A stretch of 64,000 bases of DNA from the human T2T-CHM13v2.0 reference genome, Homo sapiens: assembly GCF_009914755.1 (NCBI RefSeq), contig NC_060946.1; one strand, 5' to 3'. Made by a program: the position numbers and the translations under genes. Positions within the stretch are counted from its first letter, which is position 1, and every line of letters begins with the position of its first letter. The notes beneath the pieces are model-generated. The model was not told the DNA's origin. It saw only the letters and a list, made by a program, of their open reading frames with translations, and searched no databases. Positions 8,035 to 32,890 of this stretch are shown here, in pieces.

Positions 8035-9721
8035 AGGGCCTGATGTGAAGGCACTTTCGTCTGTAGGGGACACATGACCTGCTTCTCTGTGGCGCGGTTT
8101 TTTTTTTTTTTTCCTGCCATGGATGCCTCACCTCTCCTTCCTCAAATCTCACCTTCCCCTCATGGCCCTTCTGTCTTCCTTGGGGTACACCTAGCCGCCC
8201 GAGGTGCCCTGTGACCTCGAACCACGGACTCCAGGGTCCCTGAGGCCCAGCGCAAGGCCTGATGGGCAGACACTTTCGTCCGTGTGGAGGTCCCAGTCCC
8301 CGCTTCTCCGTGGCTGGGTTTTTATTTTCTCTGCCCCAGGTGCCTCACCTTCCTCTCTTGTGCCTTCTGCATGCTTTGGGGTACCCCTAGCGGCCCGAGG
8401 CACACCCTGGGCTCGAACCATGGAATCCAGGTTCCACTGGGCCAAGCGGATTGGCTGATGGGAAGACACGTTCTTCCTCGGGGACCCAGGCTCTTCTTCT
8501 CTGTGGCGTTTTTTTTTTCTTTTCCCCATGTGCCTCACTTTCCCGTCATGGGCTTTCTGCCCGCCTTTAGGTACCCCTAGCCGGCCCGAGGCGCAGTGTT
8601 GTTTTGAGCCAGGGATGCTAGGGTCACCGTGACCCAGTGCAGGACTTATGGGTAGGGACGTTCGTCCATGGGGGACCCAGGCCCCACTTCTGGAAGCGCA
8701 GTTTTTTATTTTCTTCTCTGCCACCGGTGTCTCACCTTTCCCTCATGGGCCTTCTGTCTTGGGGTACCCCTAGCAGTCCCAGGGGCAAGCTGGGCTCGAG
8801 CCTGGGATTCCAGGGTCCCCAGGGCGCAATGCAAGCGCTGATGGGAAGACAGTTTCTTCTGTGGGGGACCCAGGCCCCGCTTATCCGCGGCACGGTTGTT
8901 GTTGTTTTTTTTTCTCTGCCCCACGTGCGTCACCTTCCCCTCATGGGCCCTCTGCCTGCTTTTGTGTACCCCTAGCGGCCTGAAGCGCACCCTGGTCTCG
9001 AACAAGGAATGCCAGGTTCCCCTGGGCCCAGCGCAAGGGCTGATGGGAAGACACTTTCGTCCATTGGGGACCCAGGCTCCGCTTCTCCGTGGTGCAGTTT
9101 TTTTTTTTCTGCCACAGGTGCCTCACCTCTCCTTCCTCAAACCTCAACTGCCCCTCATGGGATTTCTGACCGCCTTGTGGTACCCCTAGCAGGCCCGAGG
9201 TGCACCCGGGGCTCGAACCAGGATCTCCAGCGTCCACAGGGCCCAGCGCAGGGACTGATGGGAAGGCATTTTCATCCTTGGGGGACCCAGGCCCAGGTTC
9301 TCCTAGGCGCGGCTTGTTTTCTTTTTTTTTTTTCTGCCACAGGTTCCTCACCTCTCCTCCCTCAAACGTCAACTTCCCATCATGGGCTTTCTGCTCGACT
9401 TGGGGTACCCCTAGCTGCCCAAGGCGCTCCCTGGACTCGAACCATGGATGCCAGAGTCGCCGGGGCCTAGCGCAGGGGCTGATGGGAAGGTACCTTCATC
9501 CGTGGGTACCCAGGCCCCGCTTCTCAAAGCTGCGGTTTTTTTCTCCGCCCCAGGTGCCTCACCTTCCCCTCACTGGCCCTCTGCCTGCTTTGGGGTACCA
9601 CGCGCAGGCCCGAGGCGCTCCCGGGTCTCCAATCAGGGTCGCCAGGTTCTCGGGGCTAGCGCAGAGGCTGATGGGAAGGCACTTTCATCAGTGGGGACCC
9701 AGGTCCGGCTTCTCCGAGGTG

Positions 9722-9778
<57 letters not shown>

Positions 9779-11314
9779 TTTTTTTTTCTGACACAGGTGA
9801 CTCACCTCTCCTCCCTTAAATCTCGCCTTCCTCTCATGGGCTTTCTGGCTTCCTTAGGGTACCCTAGCATGCCGGAGTCTCTTCTGGTCCTTGAACTAGG
9901 GTCGCCAGAGTCCAGGGGGCCCAGCGCAGGGGCTGATGAGAAGGCACTTTCGTCCGTGGGAGACCCAGGTCCCGCTTCTCTTCCGCACGGTTTTTTTTTT
10001 TTCTGTCGCAGGTGCCTCACCTCTCTTCCCTCAAACCTCACCTTCCCCTCATGGGCCTTCTGCCCGCTTTGGGGTACACCTAGCGGGCCCGAGGTGCACC
10101 CAGGCCTATAACCAGGGTCGCCTGGGTCCACGGGGCCCAGTGCAGGGACTGATGGGAAGGCACTTTCTTTCCATGGGAGACCCAGGCCCCACTTCTCCGT
10201 GGCGTGGTTTCTTTTTCTTTTCTGTCACAAGTGTCTCACCTCTCCTCCCTCACAGCTCACCTTCCTCTCATGGGCTTTCCACCGCCTTGGGGTACCCCTA
10301 GTGGCCCGAGGCTCTCCCTGAGCTCGAACCAGGGACTCTAGATTCCCCGGGGCCCAGTGCAGGGCCTGATGGGAAGGCACTTTCATCCGTGGGGTACCCA
10401 GGCCACACCTTTCCGCGGCACGGGTTTCTTTTTTTTCTTTTTCTGTGACAGGTGCCTCACCTCTCCTCCCTCAAAACTCACCTTCCCCTCACGGGCTTTG
10501 TGTCCCCAAAGCCCCCCTTGGGGTGCACTTGGCGGCCGAGGCACACCCTGAGCTTGAACGAGGGACACCAGGGTCCCTGGGTCCCAGTTCAGGGACTGAT
10601 GGGAAGACACTTTCGTCTGTGGGGCACCCAGGCCGTGCTTCTCCGCGGCGAAGTTTTTCTTTTTTTCTCTGCCCCAGGTGCCTCACCTTCCCCTTAGGGG
10701 CTTTCTGCCCACCTTGGGGTACCCCTACTGTCCCGAGGCGTACCCCAGGGTCAAACCAGGGACGCCAGGGTCCCCAGGGCCCAGGGAAGGGGCTGATGGG
10801 ATGGCACTTTCATCCGTGGGGGGCCCAGGCACTGCTTCTCGGCTGAGCGTTTTTTTTTCTCTGCCTCAGGTGCCTCACCTTCCCCTCATGGACCTTTTGT
10901 TCGCTTTGTGGTACCCCAAGCTGTCCTGAGGCGCACCCTGGGCTTGAACCAGGGTCGCCAGGGTCCACCAGGCCCAGCATAGGGCCTAATGGGAAGGCAC
11001 TTTCATCCGTGGGGAACCCAGGTCCCGCTTCTCTGATACGCGGTCCTCTTTTTTTTTTTTTCTGCCCCTGCTGCCTCACCTCTCCTCCCACAAACTTCAA
11101 CTTCCACTCATGGGCCTTCTGTCCAAGTTGGGGTACCCCTAGTCGCCTGAGGCACACCCTGGGCGTGAACCAGGGATGCCAGGGTCCCTGGGGCCCAGCG
11201 CAAGGGCTGATGGGAAAAAACTTTCGTCCCTGGATGACCCAGACACCGCTTCGCGGCGCATTTTTTTTTCTTCTTTGCCCCAGGTGTCTCACCTTCCTCT
11301 CATGGGCCTTCTGC
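8035..11314. repeat. GC-rich ~190-225-bp tandem satellite, ~16 units (gamma-satellite/GSATII-like)
   Basis: The ctgatgggaaggcactttc...gggacccaggccccgcttctc...poly-T...caggtgcctcacct...ggggtacccctag motif recurs about every 200 bp; one unit has a (TA)n expansion at ~9726-9774. Family name is tentative. Confidence 0.8.
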
Positions 11315-12079
11315 CTCTCTGCGCCTGCGCCGGCGCTGTGGGCCTCTCTGCGCCTGCGCCGGCACTGTGGGCCTCTCTGCGCCTTTCGCCAGCGCTGTGG
11401 GCCTCTCTGGACCTGCGCTGGCGCTGTGCTCCTTTGCGAGGGCGGAGCTGCGTTCTTCCCAGCACAGACAAGGAAAGCATCGCCAGGGCGGAGCTGAGTT
11501 CTCCTCTGCACAGACTTCAGAGATACAGCGAAGGCGGAGCAGTGTTCTCCTCAGCACAGACCCAGGCGGGCCGGGGGCACCGCGAGGGCGGAGCCGCGTT
11601 CTGCTCAGCACAGACCCGGGGGACACCGCTAAGGCAGAGCAGCCTTCTCCTCAGCACAGACCTTTGGGGCACTGCCTCGCTTTGGGACAACTCGGGACCG
11701 CATAGACGGTGAATAAAATCCTTCCCTTTTGCAGCCCTGAATAATCAGGGTCAGAGACCAGTTAGAAGGGCTCAGTGTGGAAAAGGGAAACCAAAAGCCC
11801 CTCTGAATCCTGCCCACCGAGGTTCTCCCCAGCCAAGCCGAGGCGGCCGCAGTGCGAGATCCACACCGCAGCCTCGGAAGACAAATGCAGCATTCCTAAT
11901 GCAGACATGACACCCAAAATATGACACCCCCATTGCTCATGTAACAAGCACCTGTAATGCTAATGCACTGCCTCAATACAAAAATATTAATATAAGATCC
12001 GCAATCCCCTTGCTGCCATGCAGTCCTAAGACAGAGATCATAATAATCAACATTGGCATAGTACAAACGTAGTAACGAA
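11315..12079 (+). repeat. TAR1 telomere-associated repeat with 29-bp CpG-rich repeats
   Basis: Four copies of ctctctgcgcctgcgccggcgctgtgggc-like 29-mers; five gggcggagc...cagcacagac units; then the typical distal subtelomeric sequence leading into TTAGGG. Confidence 0.9.
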
Positions 12080-12388
12080 CCTAGGGTTAAGGTTGGTGTT
12101 AGGGTTAGGGGTTAGGGGTTAAGTTTAGGGTTGGGGTTGGAGATAGGGGTTGGAGTCAGAGTTAAGAGTTAAGAGTCAACGTTTAGAGTTAGAGGTTAGG
12201 AGAGGTTAGGGGTTAGGGATAAGGGGTTAGGGTTGGATTAGTGTGAGGGTGAGGGTTGTGGTTAGGGGTTAGGCTTAGGGTTTATGGTTAAGGGTTAGGG
12301 TTAGGGGTTAGGGTTAGGGTCAGGGGTTAGGGGTCAGGGTCAGGGGTTAGGGATCAGGGTCAGGGGTCAGGGTCAGGTTCAGGGGTCC
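12080..12388 (+). repeat. Degenerate interstitial telomeric tract (TTAGGG/TTAGGGG/TCAGGG/TGAGGG variants)
   Basis: Direct reading; G-rich strand on plus. Confidence 0.95.
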
Positions 12389-14934
<2,546 letters not shown>

Positions 14935-16450
14935 ATTCTGTGAGGAACAACAAATTGTTTTCCGCAGCAAGGGCATCATTTTCTATTCCTAGCAGCCAGA
15001 TCATGAGGGCTCCAACTTCTCCACCTCCTTAGCAACATTTATTTTCTGTGTCATTGTTATGAAAGCCTTACTTGTGGATGCAGAGTGGCATGAATGAAGT
15101 CAATTAACACGTTTATTACCTCACAGAATAGTCACCTTTTTGTGTGCATGGGTGGGATAAGAAAACTTAACTCTATCCCCTGTGACGGAATAGTGGCCAT
15201 TCCAGCTGCTCCAGGCTCCAGCAGAGGAAGACCGGGGTATGTGGCCCCACCAGGGTGACCCTCAGGCCTGGCGCGCACGCATTCCAGAGGCCACCCAAAC
15301 CATGCTGTGCCATCTGGGCGCCCAAGCTGCCGTCGCCCTCTGTGTGCAGGCAGCAGCTGCCTGGCAACCCCCGAGCCCGCTCGCGCTCCTAGCATCATAG
15401 AAGCAGGGCCACGTGTCCCAGTGGCTGCAGCCAAGCCAGGCATTCTGCCCTGCTGCAGCAGCTGCACAGGAGCGAGAACTGAGAAGCCACCGCTCAACCC
15501 CACACGAGGTGACTGCCGAGTGCCCATACAAATGGCTCCGATCTCCCTCAGGTGGAGGAGTGGTCGGGAGGCACGGCCTGGGGGCCCTCACGCTGGGCGC
15601 GCTGGTGATCCCAAGGCCGACCAGGCCATGCACCTCCAGCCCGCCTGGGCACCCGAGCTGCAGCCACCTTCTGCGTGCAGGCAGCAGCCTCCAGGCAACT
15701 CCCGAGCCCGCCCACACTCCCCACATCTCGGAAGCAGGGCCAAATGTCCCTGTGGCTGTGGCCAAGCCAGGCGGTCTGTCCCTGCAGCAGCTGCACAGGG
15801 GCGGGAACCGGCCCTCAGCCCCATCCCCTGTGGCTGCAGAGGGCCCCTGGATAGAGATGTGGAGTTCTGACAGAGGAGGAGCCGGGCCGGGACAGGGTCT
15901 GGCAGGCTCTCAGGCCAGGGGCACCCGCGATCCAGAGGCTGCCCAGGGCATGCTCCACCACCTGGGCGCCCAGCTACAGGCGCCGGGCGACTCCCAAGCT
16001 GGCTGGCGCTCCCAGCCTCGCAGAACCGGGGCTAGATGTCGCCGTGGCTGCGACCAAGCCAGGCGGTCTGCCCAGGGGCGGCTGCACCGGGGCAGGAACC
16101 GACCCTCAGCACCATCCCCGGTGGCTGCAGACGGCCCCTGGGGTGGCCCCGATCTCTCTTCGGAGGAGGAGAGGGGCGGGAGTCACGGCCAGGCGGGCCC
16201 TCAGGCGGGAAGGAATGTGCGCCTGCCATTCCGGGACGTCCCGCGCCAGCCCAGGAGAACCCGCAAGCCAGCGGAGCCTGTTTCTCTGTGTGATTCTTTG
16301 AGGAACCACCAAACTCTTTTCCACAGCAAGTGCATCATTTTCTATTCCTAGCAGCCAGTTCATGAGGGCTCCAGTTTCTCCACCTCCTTAGCAACATTGA
16401 TTTTCTGTGTCGTTGTTATGAAAGCCTTACTAGTGGATGCAAAGTGGCAT
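14935..16450. repeat. GC-rich block of ~300-330-bp subrepeats (REP522-like) between two ~157-bp direct repeats
   Basis: gtggctg..ccaagccaggc recurs at ~15421, ~15752 and ~16044; 14935-15091 is repeated at 16293-16450. Family name is tentative. Confidence 0.6.
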
Positions 16451-18697
16451 CTCATTTGGGTTTTACCTTGCATTTTATTAATGAATAATGGTGTTTAGCA
16501 TCTTTTCTTTTCCTTCTTAGACATTTGTGTATCTTCTTTGGAGAAATGTCTGTTCAAGTCCTTTGACTATTTTTTAATTGGGATCTTAGAAATTCTGTTG
16601 TTGAGTTGTGGGATATTAAGCTTTTATCAGATACACATTTTGATTTTATCAGATACATATTTTCTCACATATTATGGGTTGTCTTTTCACTCCCTTGATA
16701 GTATCCTTTGATGCATAAAGGGTTTTTTATTTTGATTCAATCTAATTTTCCTGTATTTTCTTTTGTTATCTGTGCTTTTCTGTCACATTTCAAAATACAC
16801 TTAAAACTCAAAGGTCATAAAGGTTTACCGTGTGTTTTCTTCTAAGAGTTACATATTTTTAGTCCTTACATTTAAGTCTTTTATTAATTTAGAATTAATT
16901 TTTGTATATACTGCAAGGTAGGGGTCTAACTTCTCTCTTGTGCACTGACATCCAGCTGTTGAAGAGACTGTTCTTTCCTCCCTTGACTAGACTTGGCCAC
17001 CTTGTTGAACAGTCATTGACCATATATGTGAGGACTAACTTGTAGTATCTCAAATCTGTTCTGTTGTATTGGTCTGAAAGCCTATTGGCCTTATTCCAGT
17101 ACCACACTCTCTTGATTACTGTAGATTTGTAGTAGGCTGTGAAACTGAAAAATGTGAGTTTTCCAATGTTCTTTTTCAAGACTGTTTTGTCTGTCAGATC
17201 CTTTGAATTTTTGTATGATTTTAGAATGAGTTTCTTTGTTTCTGCAAAAATGCCTTTGGGATTTTGATGGTATTGCATTGAATCTGTAGATTACTTTAGA
17301 TGGTATTGTCATCTTAACAATATTGTCTTACAACCCGTGAACACAGAATGTCTTTCCACTTATTTCCACTCTCTTTAGTTTTTTGCAGCAATGTTTTGTG
17401 TACACCACCATGGTTAGATTTATGCCTGAATAACGTATTCTTTGATGTCATTATAAATGGAATTTTTAAAATGTTTTCATAGTTCTTTACAACTATATAG
17501 AAATATAGCTCATTTGCCTATGTTTGTTTGCATCCTGCCTCTTTTATTAGTTATAATCGGTTTTGTGTTTTGTTTGGAGCTTTATACCCATAAGATCATG
17601 TGTAGATATAATTTTACACCTATTTTTTATTTCTAATTTAGATGCCTTTTATTTCTTTGTCTTGCCTAATTGCTCTGGCTAGAACTGCCAGTGCTACGTT
17701 GAATACAAGTGGCAAATGCACCATCCTTTTCTTCTAGATGTTAGGAAAACAGCTTTCAGTGTTTCATCATTGATCATGATATTAACTGTTGGGTTTTTGT
17801 ACATCCCATTGTCATGTTGCAGAAGATCCCTTCTATGCCTAGTTTATTGAGTATTTTTATTATAGAAGGGTGTTGTATTTCATCAATGTTTTCTCTGCAT
17901 CAATTGAAATAATCACGTGCTTATTCATTTTACTGTTACAGCATATTACACTGATTGATTTTTTATATGTTGAACCACCCTTGCATTTTGGGGATAAATC
18001 TCAAAGGTTGATAGTTTACAATCCTTTGATTATACAGTAGTGCTGCTAGTATTTTGCTAGTATTGCTAGTATTTTGCTGAGATTTTTGCTTATATATTCA
18101 TAGGGGATATAGTGCTGTATTTCTCTCTTTTGTGCTCTCTTTGTCTTTGGTATAAGGATAATGCTGTTATCAAAAAATGAATTAGCAAGTATTCCTTCTT
18201 CATATATTTTGTCAGAAGAGTTTGAGAAGAAATGGTATTAATTCTTCTTTAAATGTTAGGTTGACTCACCAGTTAATGCAGCTATTTGGTCATACATGTT
18301 TCTTTGTTAATCGCTTTCGATTACTAATTCAATCTCCTAGGTTATAGGTCTATTCAGATTTTCTCTTTCTTCTTGAGCCACTTTGGTAGTTTGTGTCTTT
18401 CTAGCGATTCATCCATTTCATCCAGGGCACCTAATTTGTTGCTAGACAGTTGTTCACAGTATACTCCTGTAATCCTTTTTTATTTCTGTAAAGTTGGTAG
18501 TAATGGCTCTGCTTTCATTTATTATTTTAATAATTAGTCTCCCATCTTTTGCTCAGTCAATATAGTGAAAGGCTTGATCTTTCAAAGAATCTACATTTTT
18601 TCATTCTACTGCTCTCCAACCTTCTATTTTATTGATTTATGCTCTAATTATGCTCTTTATTATTTCTTTCCTTCTGCTAGCTTTGGATTTAGTCTTC
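16293..18697 (-). mobile_element. Old L1M ORF2 fragment
   Basis: Minus-strand ORFs: KVIYRFNAIPSK; YYKSTVIKRVWYWNK. Confidence 0.85.
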
Positions 18698-18943
18698 CAC
18701 CTGGATTTATTTTGGGAGTGATATTGATGTAACTTCATGGAAATAATACTAGATAGAAAGTTAGCGGATAGATTCTCTATCTGATGAGAGTTTGGGGCAA
18801 GTCGAGTACCAGGTTACCAAGTTTTATTTTTTTCTCTGACCCAAAAAACAATTTGGCAGCCGGTGAGAAACTCTCACAGCTCTGGATGTGAGTTTAGGAC
18901 ACTGCATTTCTACCATTCAATTTCTTACTACTTTTTTGCACAG

Positions 18944-19098
18944 GGATCATGGCACAAGTTGCAGTTTCCACCCTGCCAATGGAAGATGAGGAGTCCATGG
19001 AAGATGAGTAGTCCATTGAAGATGAGGAGTCTGTTGAAGATGATTCCGTGGAGAGCAGGATGGTGGTAACATTTCTCATATCAGCTCTCGAGTCCACG
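18944..19098 (+). pseudogene. GTF2IP: Orphan first coding exon of the GTF2I/GTF2IRD2 family, copy 1 (in-frame stop)
   Basis: Acceptor cacag, ATG 18949: [49 protein letters not shown], then gtgaga donor; compare TFII-I [33 protein letters not shown]. TAG at 19009-19011. Confidence 0.9.
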
Positions 19099-19866
19099 GT
19101 GAGACCTTCTGTTCTAACATGATATAATTGGGTAGAACTGGGTGGTAGATAAGGTTGATTTGTTTTTGTAGAACTTATAATTTTATGATTTGTAGTTCTA
19201 ATGAGTAGATCTTTTTCTGGAATAGTAGTTATGGTCAAACACTTCTAACCAAATGTGCCATGTTGTCCAGTCTGGTCTCAAAATATGGGGCTCAAGAGAC
19301 CTGCCCACCTTGGCCTCCCAAAATACTGGGATTACAGGTGTAAGCCCCTGAATCTGGCCAGATATTTTTCTTTTTATGGCTGAATAATACTCTGTGTATG
19401 TATATATTACATTTTCTTTATCTATTCACCTACTGATGGGCATTAGGTTTGGGCGACCTTTTGGCCACTGTGAATAATGCTGCTGTTAATCGGGTGTACA
19501 AATACCTGTTTGAGTCCCTGCTCTCAGTTCTTTTGGGTATATACGCTTAAAGGGTGTTGATGGATCATATAATTCTATGCTTCATATTTTTAAGGAGCTG
19601 CTAAACCATTTTCCACAGTGGGCTGTACCATTTTACATTCCAAAAAGCAATGCATACAGCTTCCAATTTCTCTATAGCATTGCTGACAGTTAATATTTTC
19701 TGTTTATGTATTGTATTTTTATAGTGTTTGAAATTAATCTAAGGCTTTTTGCTGATACCAAAATATTAGGAAAGGTTTTCCAAAAATAATACTGCTTATT
19801 ATAAAGGATTTTACGTGTTACTTGATGCCCTGTGATCTGTTTTCTAAGTAAGAAGAGGAACTTCTT

Positions 19867-20623
<757 letters not shown>

Positions 20624-20914
20624 CCACCTCCTCTTTTACTTGGGAGAAATGCACAGATTCTGGGTGTCATGTGCATTTGTTTTGGGAGTGATAATTGATC
20701 TAACTTATGGAAATAATACTAGATAGTTAGCGGATGGATTCTGTATCTGATGAGAGTTTTGGGCAAAACGAATTCCTAGTTTCTGAGTCTTATTTTTCCC
20801 CTGATTCAAGAAAACTGTGAATTATCCAGCCAGTAAAAAACTCTCACAGCTCTGGATGTGAGTTTAGGACACTGGATTTCTACCACTCATTTTCTTACTA
20901 CTTTTCCTGTGCAA

Positions 20915-21033
20915 GGATCATGACACAAGTTGCAGGTTCCACCCTGCCCATTGAAGATGAGGAGTCTGTTGAAGATGAGGAGTCCTTGGAGAGCAGGATG
21001 GTGGTGACATTCCTGTCAGCTCTCGCCTCCATG
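20915..21033 (+). pseudogene. GTF2IP: Orphan first coding exon of the GTF2I/GTF2IRD2 family, copy 2
   Basis: ATG 20920: [38 protein letters not shown], then gtcaga. Flanks 20681-21197 are homologous to 18710-19262. Confidence 0.9.
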
Positions 21034-21199
21034 GTCAGACCTTCTGTTCTCACATTCTGTAGTTCGGTAGGACTGGGCGGTAGATAAGGTTGATTTGTTT
21101 TCGTAGAACTTACAATTTTGTGATTTTTAGTTCTAATGAGTAGACCTTTTTCGTGAATAGTAGTTACGATCAAACACCTCTGACCAAATGTGCATGTGG

Positions 21200-22670
<1,471 letters not shown>

Positions 22671-22674
22671 TTTC

Positions 22675-23115
<441 letters not shown>

Positions 23116-23124
23116 GTGTCCAGC

Positions 23125-23480
23125 AATCACAAGAGGTCTTTATAAGTGAAAGAGGGAGGTAAGAGAGTCCGAATTGAAGGAGATTTGATGATGGAAGCAC
23201 AGGTCACAGAGGGAGATTCGAATATGCTTTGCTTCTGGCTTTGAAGATGCAGTTAGGGGCCATGAGCCAAAGAATAGGAGTGGCTTTAGCAACTGGGAAA
23301 GGCAAGGGAACATATTCTCTCCAGAACCTCCAGAAGGGATGCAGTCCTGCTGGCACCTTGACTTTAGCCTTAATAGACCTATTTTGGACTTCTGGCCCCC
23401 AGACTTCTTAGTTAGTAGATTTGTGGTGTATTAAGCCACTCAATGTAGGGTAGTTTGTAACAGCGGCAAGAAGAAATGAA
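23125..23480 (+). mobile_element. MLT1 (MaLR) LTR, MLT1D-like
   Basis: ctggctttgaagatg...ggccatgagccaa...ggcaccttgactttagcc...ttaagccact...tttgtaacagc. Confidence 0.75.
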
Positions 23481-23484
23481 CATG

Positions 23485-23782
23485 AAGCCAGAATTGGTGG
23501 CCCACACCTATAATTCCAGCTATTTAGGAGGCTGAGGCAGGATGGTTGCTTTGGCCCAGGAGTTCACGGTAAGTCTGGGCAACAAAATAATACCCTGTCG
23601 ACATGGAAAAAAAAAATAGCGGGTGTGGTGGCATGCACTTGTAGTCTTAGCTACTAGAGGCCCTGAGGCAGGACAATTTCTTGACCTAGGTGCTCCAGGT
23701 CTCAGTGCGTTGTGATCGTGCCATGGCACCCCAGTCTGAGTGACACAGCGAGATTATATCTTAGAAAAAAAAAGAAAAAAGA
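23485..23782 (+). mobile_element. AluJ
   Basis: Diverged dimeric Alu with A-rich tail. Confidence 0.8.
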
Positions 23783-23824
23783 AATGAGTGAGCATGGCAG
23801 GAATAGGGACAGATAGCAATATTA

Positions 23825-24312
23825 AATAGAGTGGTCAGGGTTGGCCTCCTAAGTGAAAATTGAGCAAAGACTTGAAGGAGGGGAAGGAGCTGGCCAAGGT
23901 ACTGAGGGAAGAGCATTGTAGGCAGAAACAACAGAATAAAGATGCTAAGAGGGAACTCCGTGGTGTGTCTGAAGCTCAGGAAAGAGGTCTGTGGAGTAGA
24001 GAGAGGGAGAGAAGTAGGGAAGGAGGCCAGGGAGTTGTTGGACTCAGATCAGTACAGATTGTGTAAGCCCTGGGAGGCTATTGCTGGGGCTTTGGTTTTT
24101 ATTCTGTCTGAGATGGGAGAAGCAGAAGGGTTCTGAGCAGAGAGGTGACACGAACTGTCTACTGATTTAAAAGCATCCCATGGCAGCTGAGTTGAGAAAG
24201 ATTGTGGGAAGATTTGCGTAGAAGCAGGGAGGCCATGCTGTGGCAACCTCCAGGTGGGAGATGATAGTGGTTCTGACCAGGGCCCTGGCAATGGTGAGAG
24301 ATGGTTGATTCT
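23825..24312. mobile_element. L2 fragment
   Basis: tgagcaaagacttgaagga...ggaagagcatt...agggttctgagcaga...ccaggtgggagatgatagtgg. Confidence 0.7.
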
Positions 24313-24403
24313 TGTTGAAATACTAAGTAATTAAAAAAAAAACCACTACTGCTTTTCCCAATTATATGAAGTATGGGATGCTAGATTACAGAAATCTTAA
24401 GTC

Positions 24404-29020
<4,617 letters not shown>

Positions 29021-29869
29021 TGAATATTTGATGACTTTAGGATACTATATTAACTCTTAATTGAATTAATACAAGTTTAGGTGTAAAGATGATGTTTATG
29101 TTGACAAAAATGATTAATGTTTTACATATATGAAAGTAACAATATCATATATTTTTCATACTTGTAGAATACTTTGAAATCTATTATTAGCTAATATTTT
29201 ATATTCATTTTGGGTTTTCACATTATTGTTAGATCCAGAGAAAAGTAATATTTTGTGAATACTCAAATCATAAACATTTTGCTGGATGCATTCATAGATA
29301 CTTTATTTAAAAAGTACACTAATTGAAGTTTTACACCATTTTATGATTCATCAAACACAGCAACTGAATACTGGCGTATAGCAACATTACAGATGATGTT
29401 AGTCTAAGATAAAACTCATAACACATTTTAAAAAGGGTAAAAGGAAGGAAAGGAAAAAGGATCCAAGGCTGTAGAAAGATTTTAAAAACAAACATCGTAT
29501 GTCTGAACCTTTGCCTGGAGTTTCTTATTTTGTGAAAAGCAGTTTGTAAGTAGAGGACTCGTAAGTGCACCTAGTACACTGCAATGGCACAGACACGGCA
29601 GATAGTCAATAAAATGATCTTTAACTTCTGATCTAGATTATTTTTGTTGTTGTTCATGTATTAACCTAGTGAATCTCAGCCAATAGATGGAGTGGCATTG
29701 ACCTGCACAACTTCCAAAATCCCATCCAACCTTAGTGTCCTCTGAAGTTCTCCATAACTTATTGTCTGTTCCAACCAACATTTAGCATAAGCTACAGCTT
29801 ATATTGTTAATAATTCTTCTATGTTTATGTGCTGATTTGCAAATAAATGGGCCTATATAGTCTTTATCT

Positions 29870-32890
<3,021 letters not shown>

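Noticed and set aside
8191-11712. Many 60-300-aa ORFs
   Set aside because: Products of GC-rich, stop-poor satellite and TAR1; frames shift at poly-T runs.
12080-12388. Head-to-head telomere fusion like 2q13
   Set aside because: No CCCTAA tract or inverted TAR1 follows; the tract joins an L1.
15132-16363. Overlapping ORFs up to 312 aa
   Set aside because: GC-rich repeat, open on both strands, no recognisable domain.
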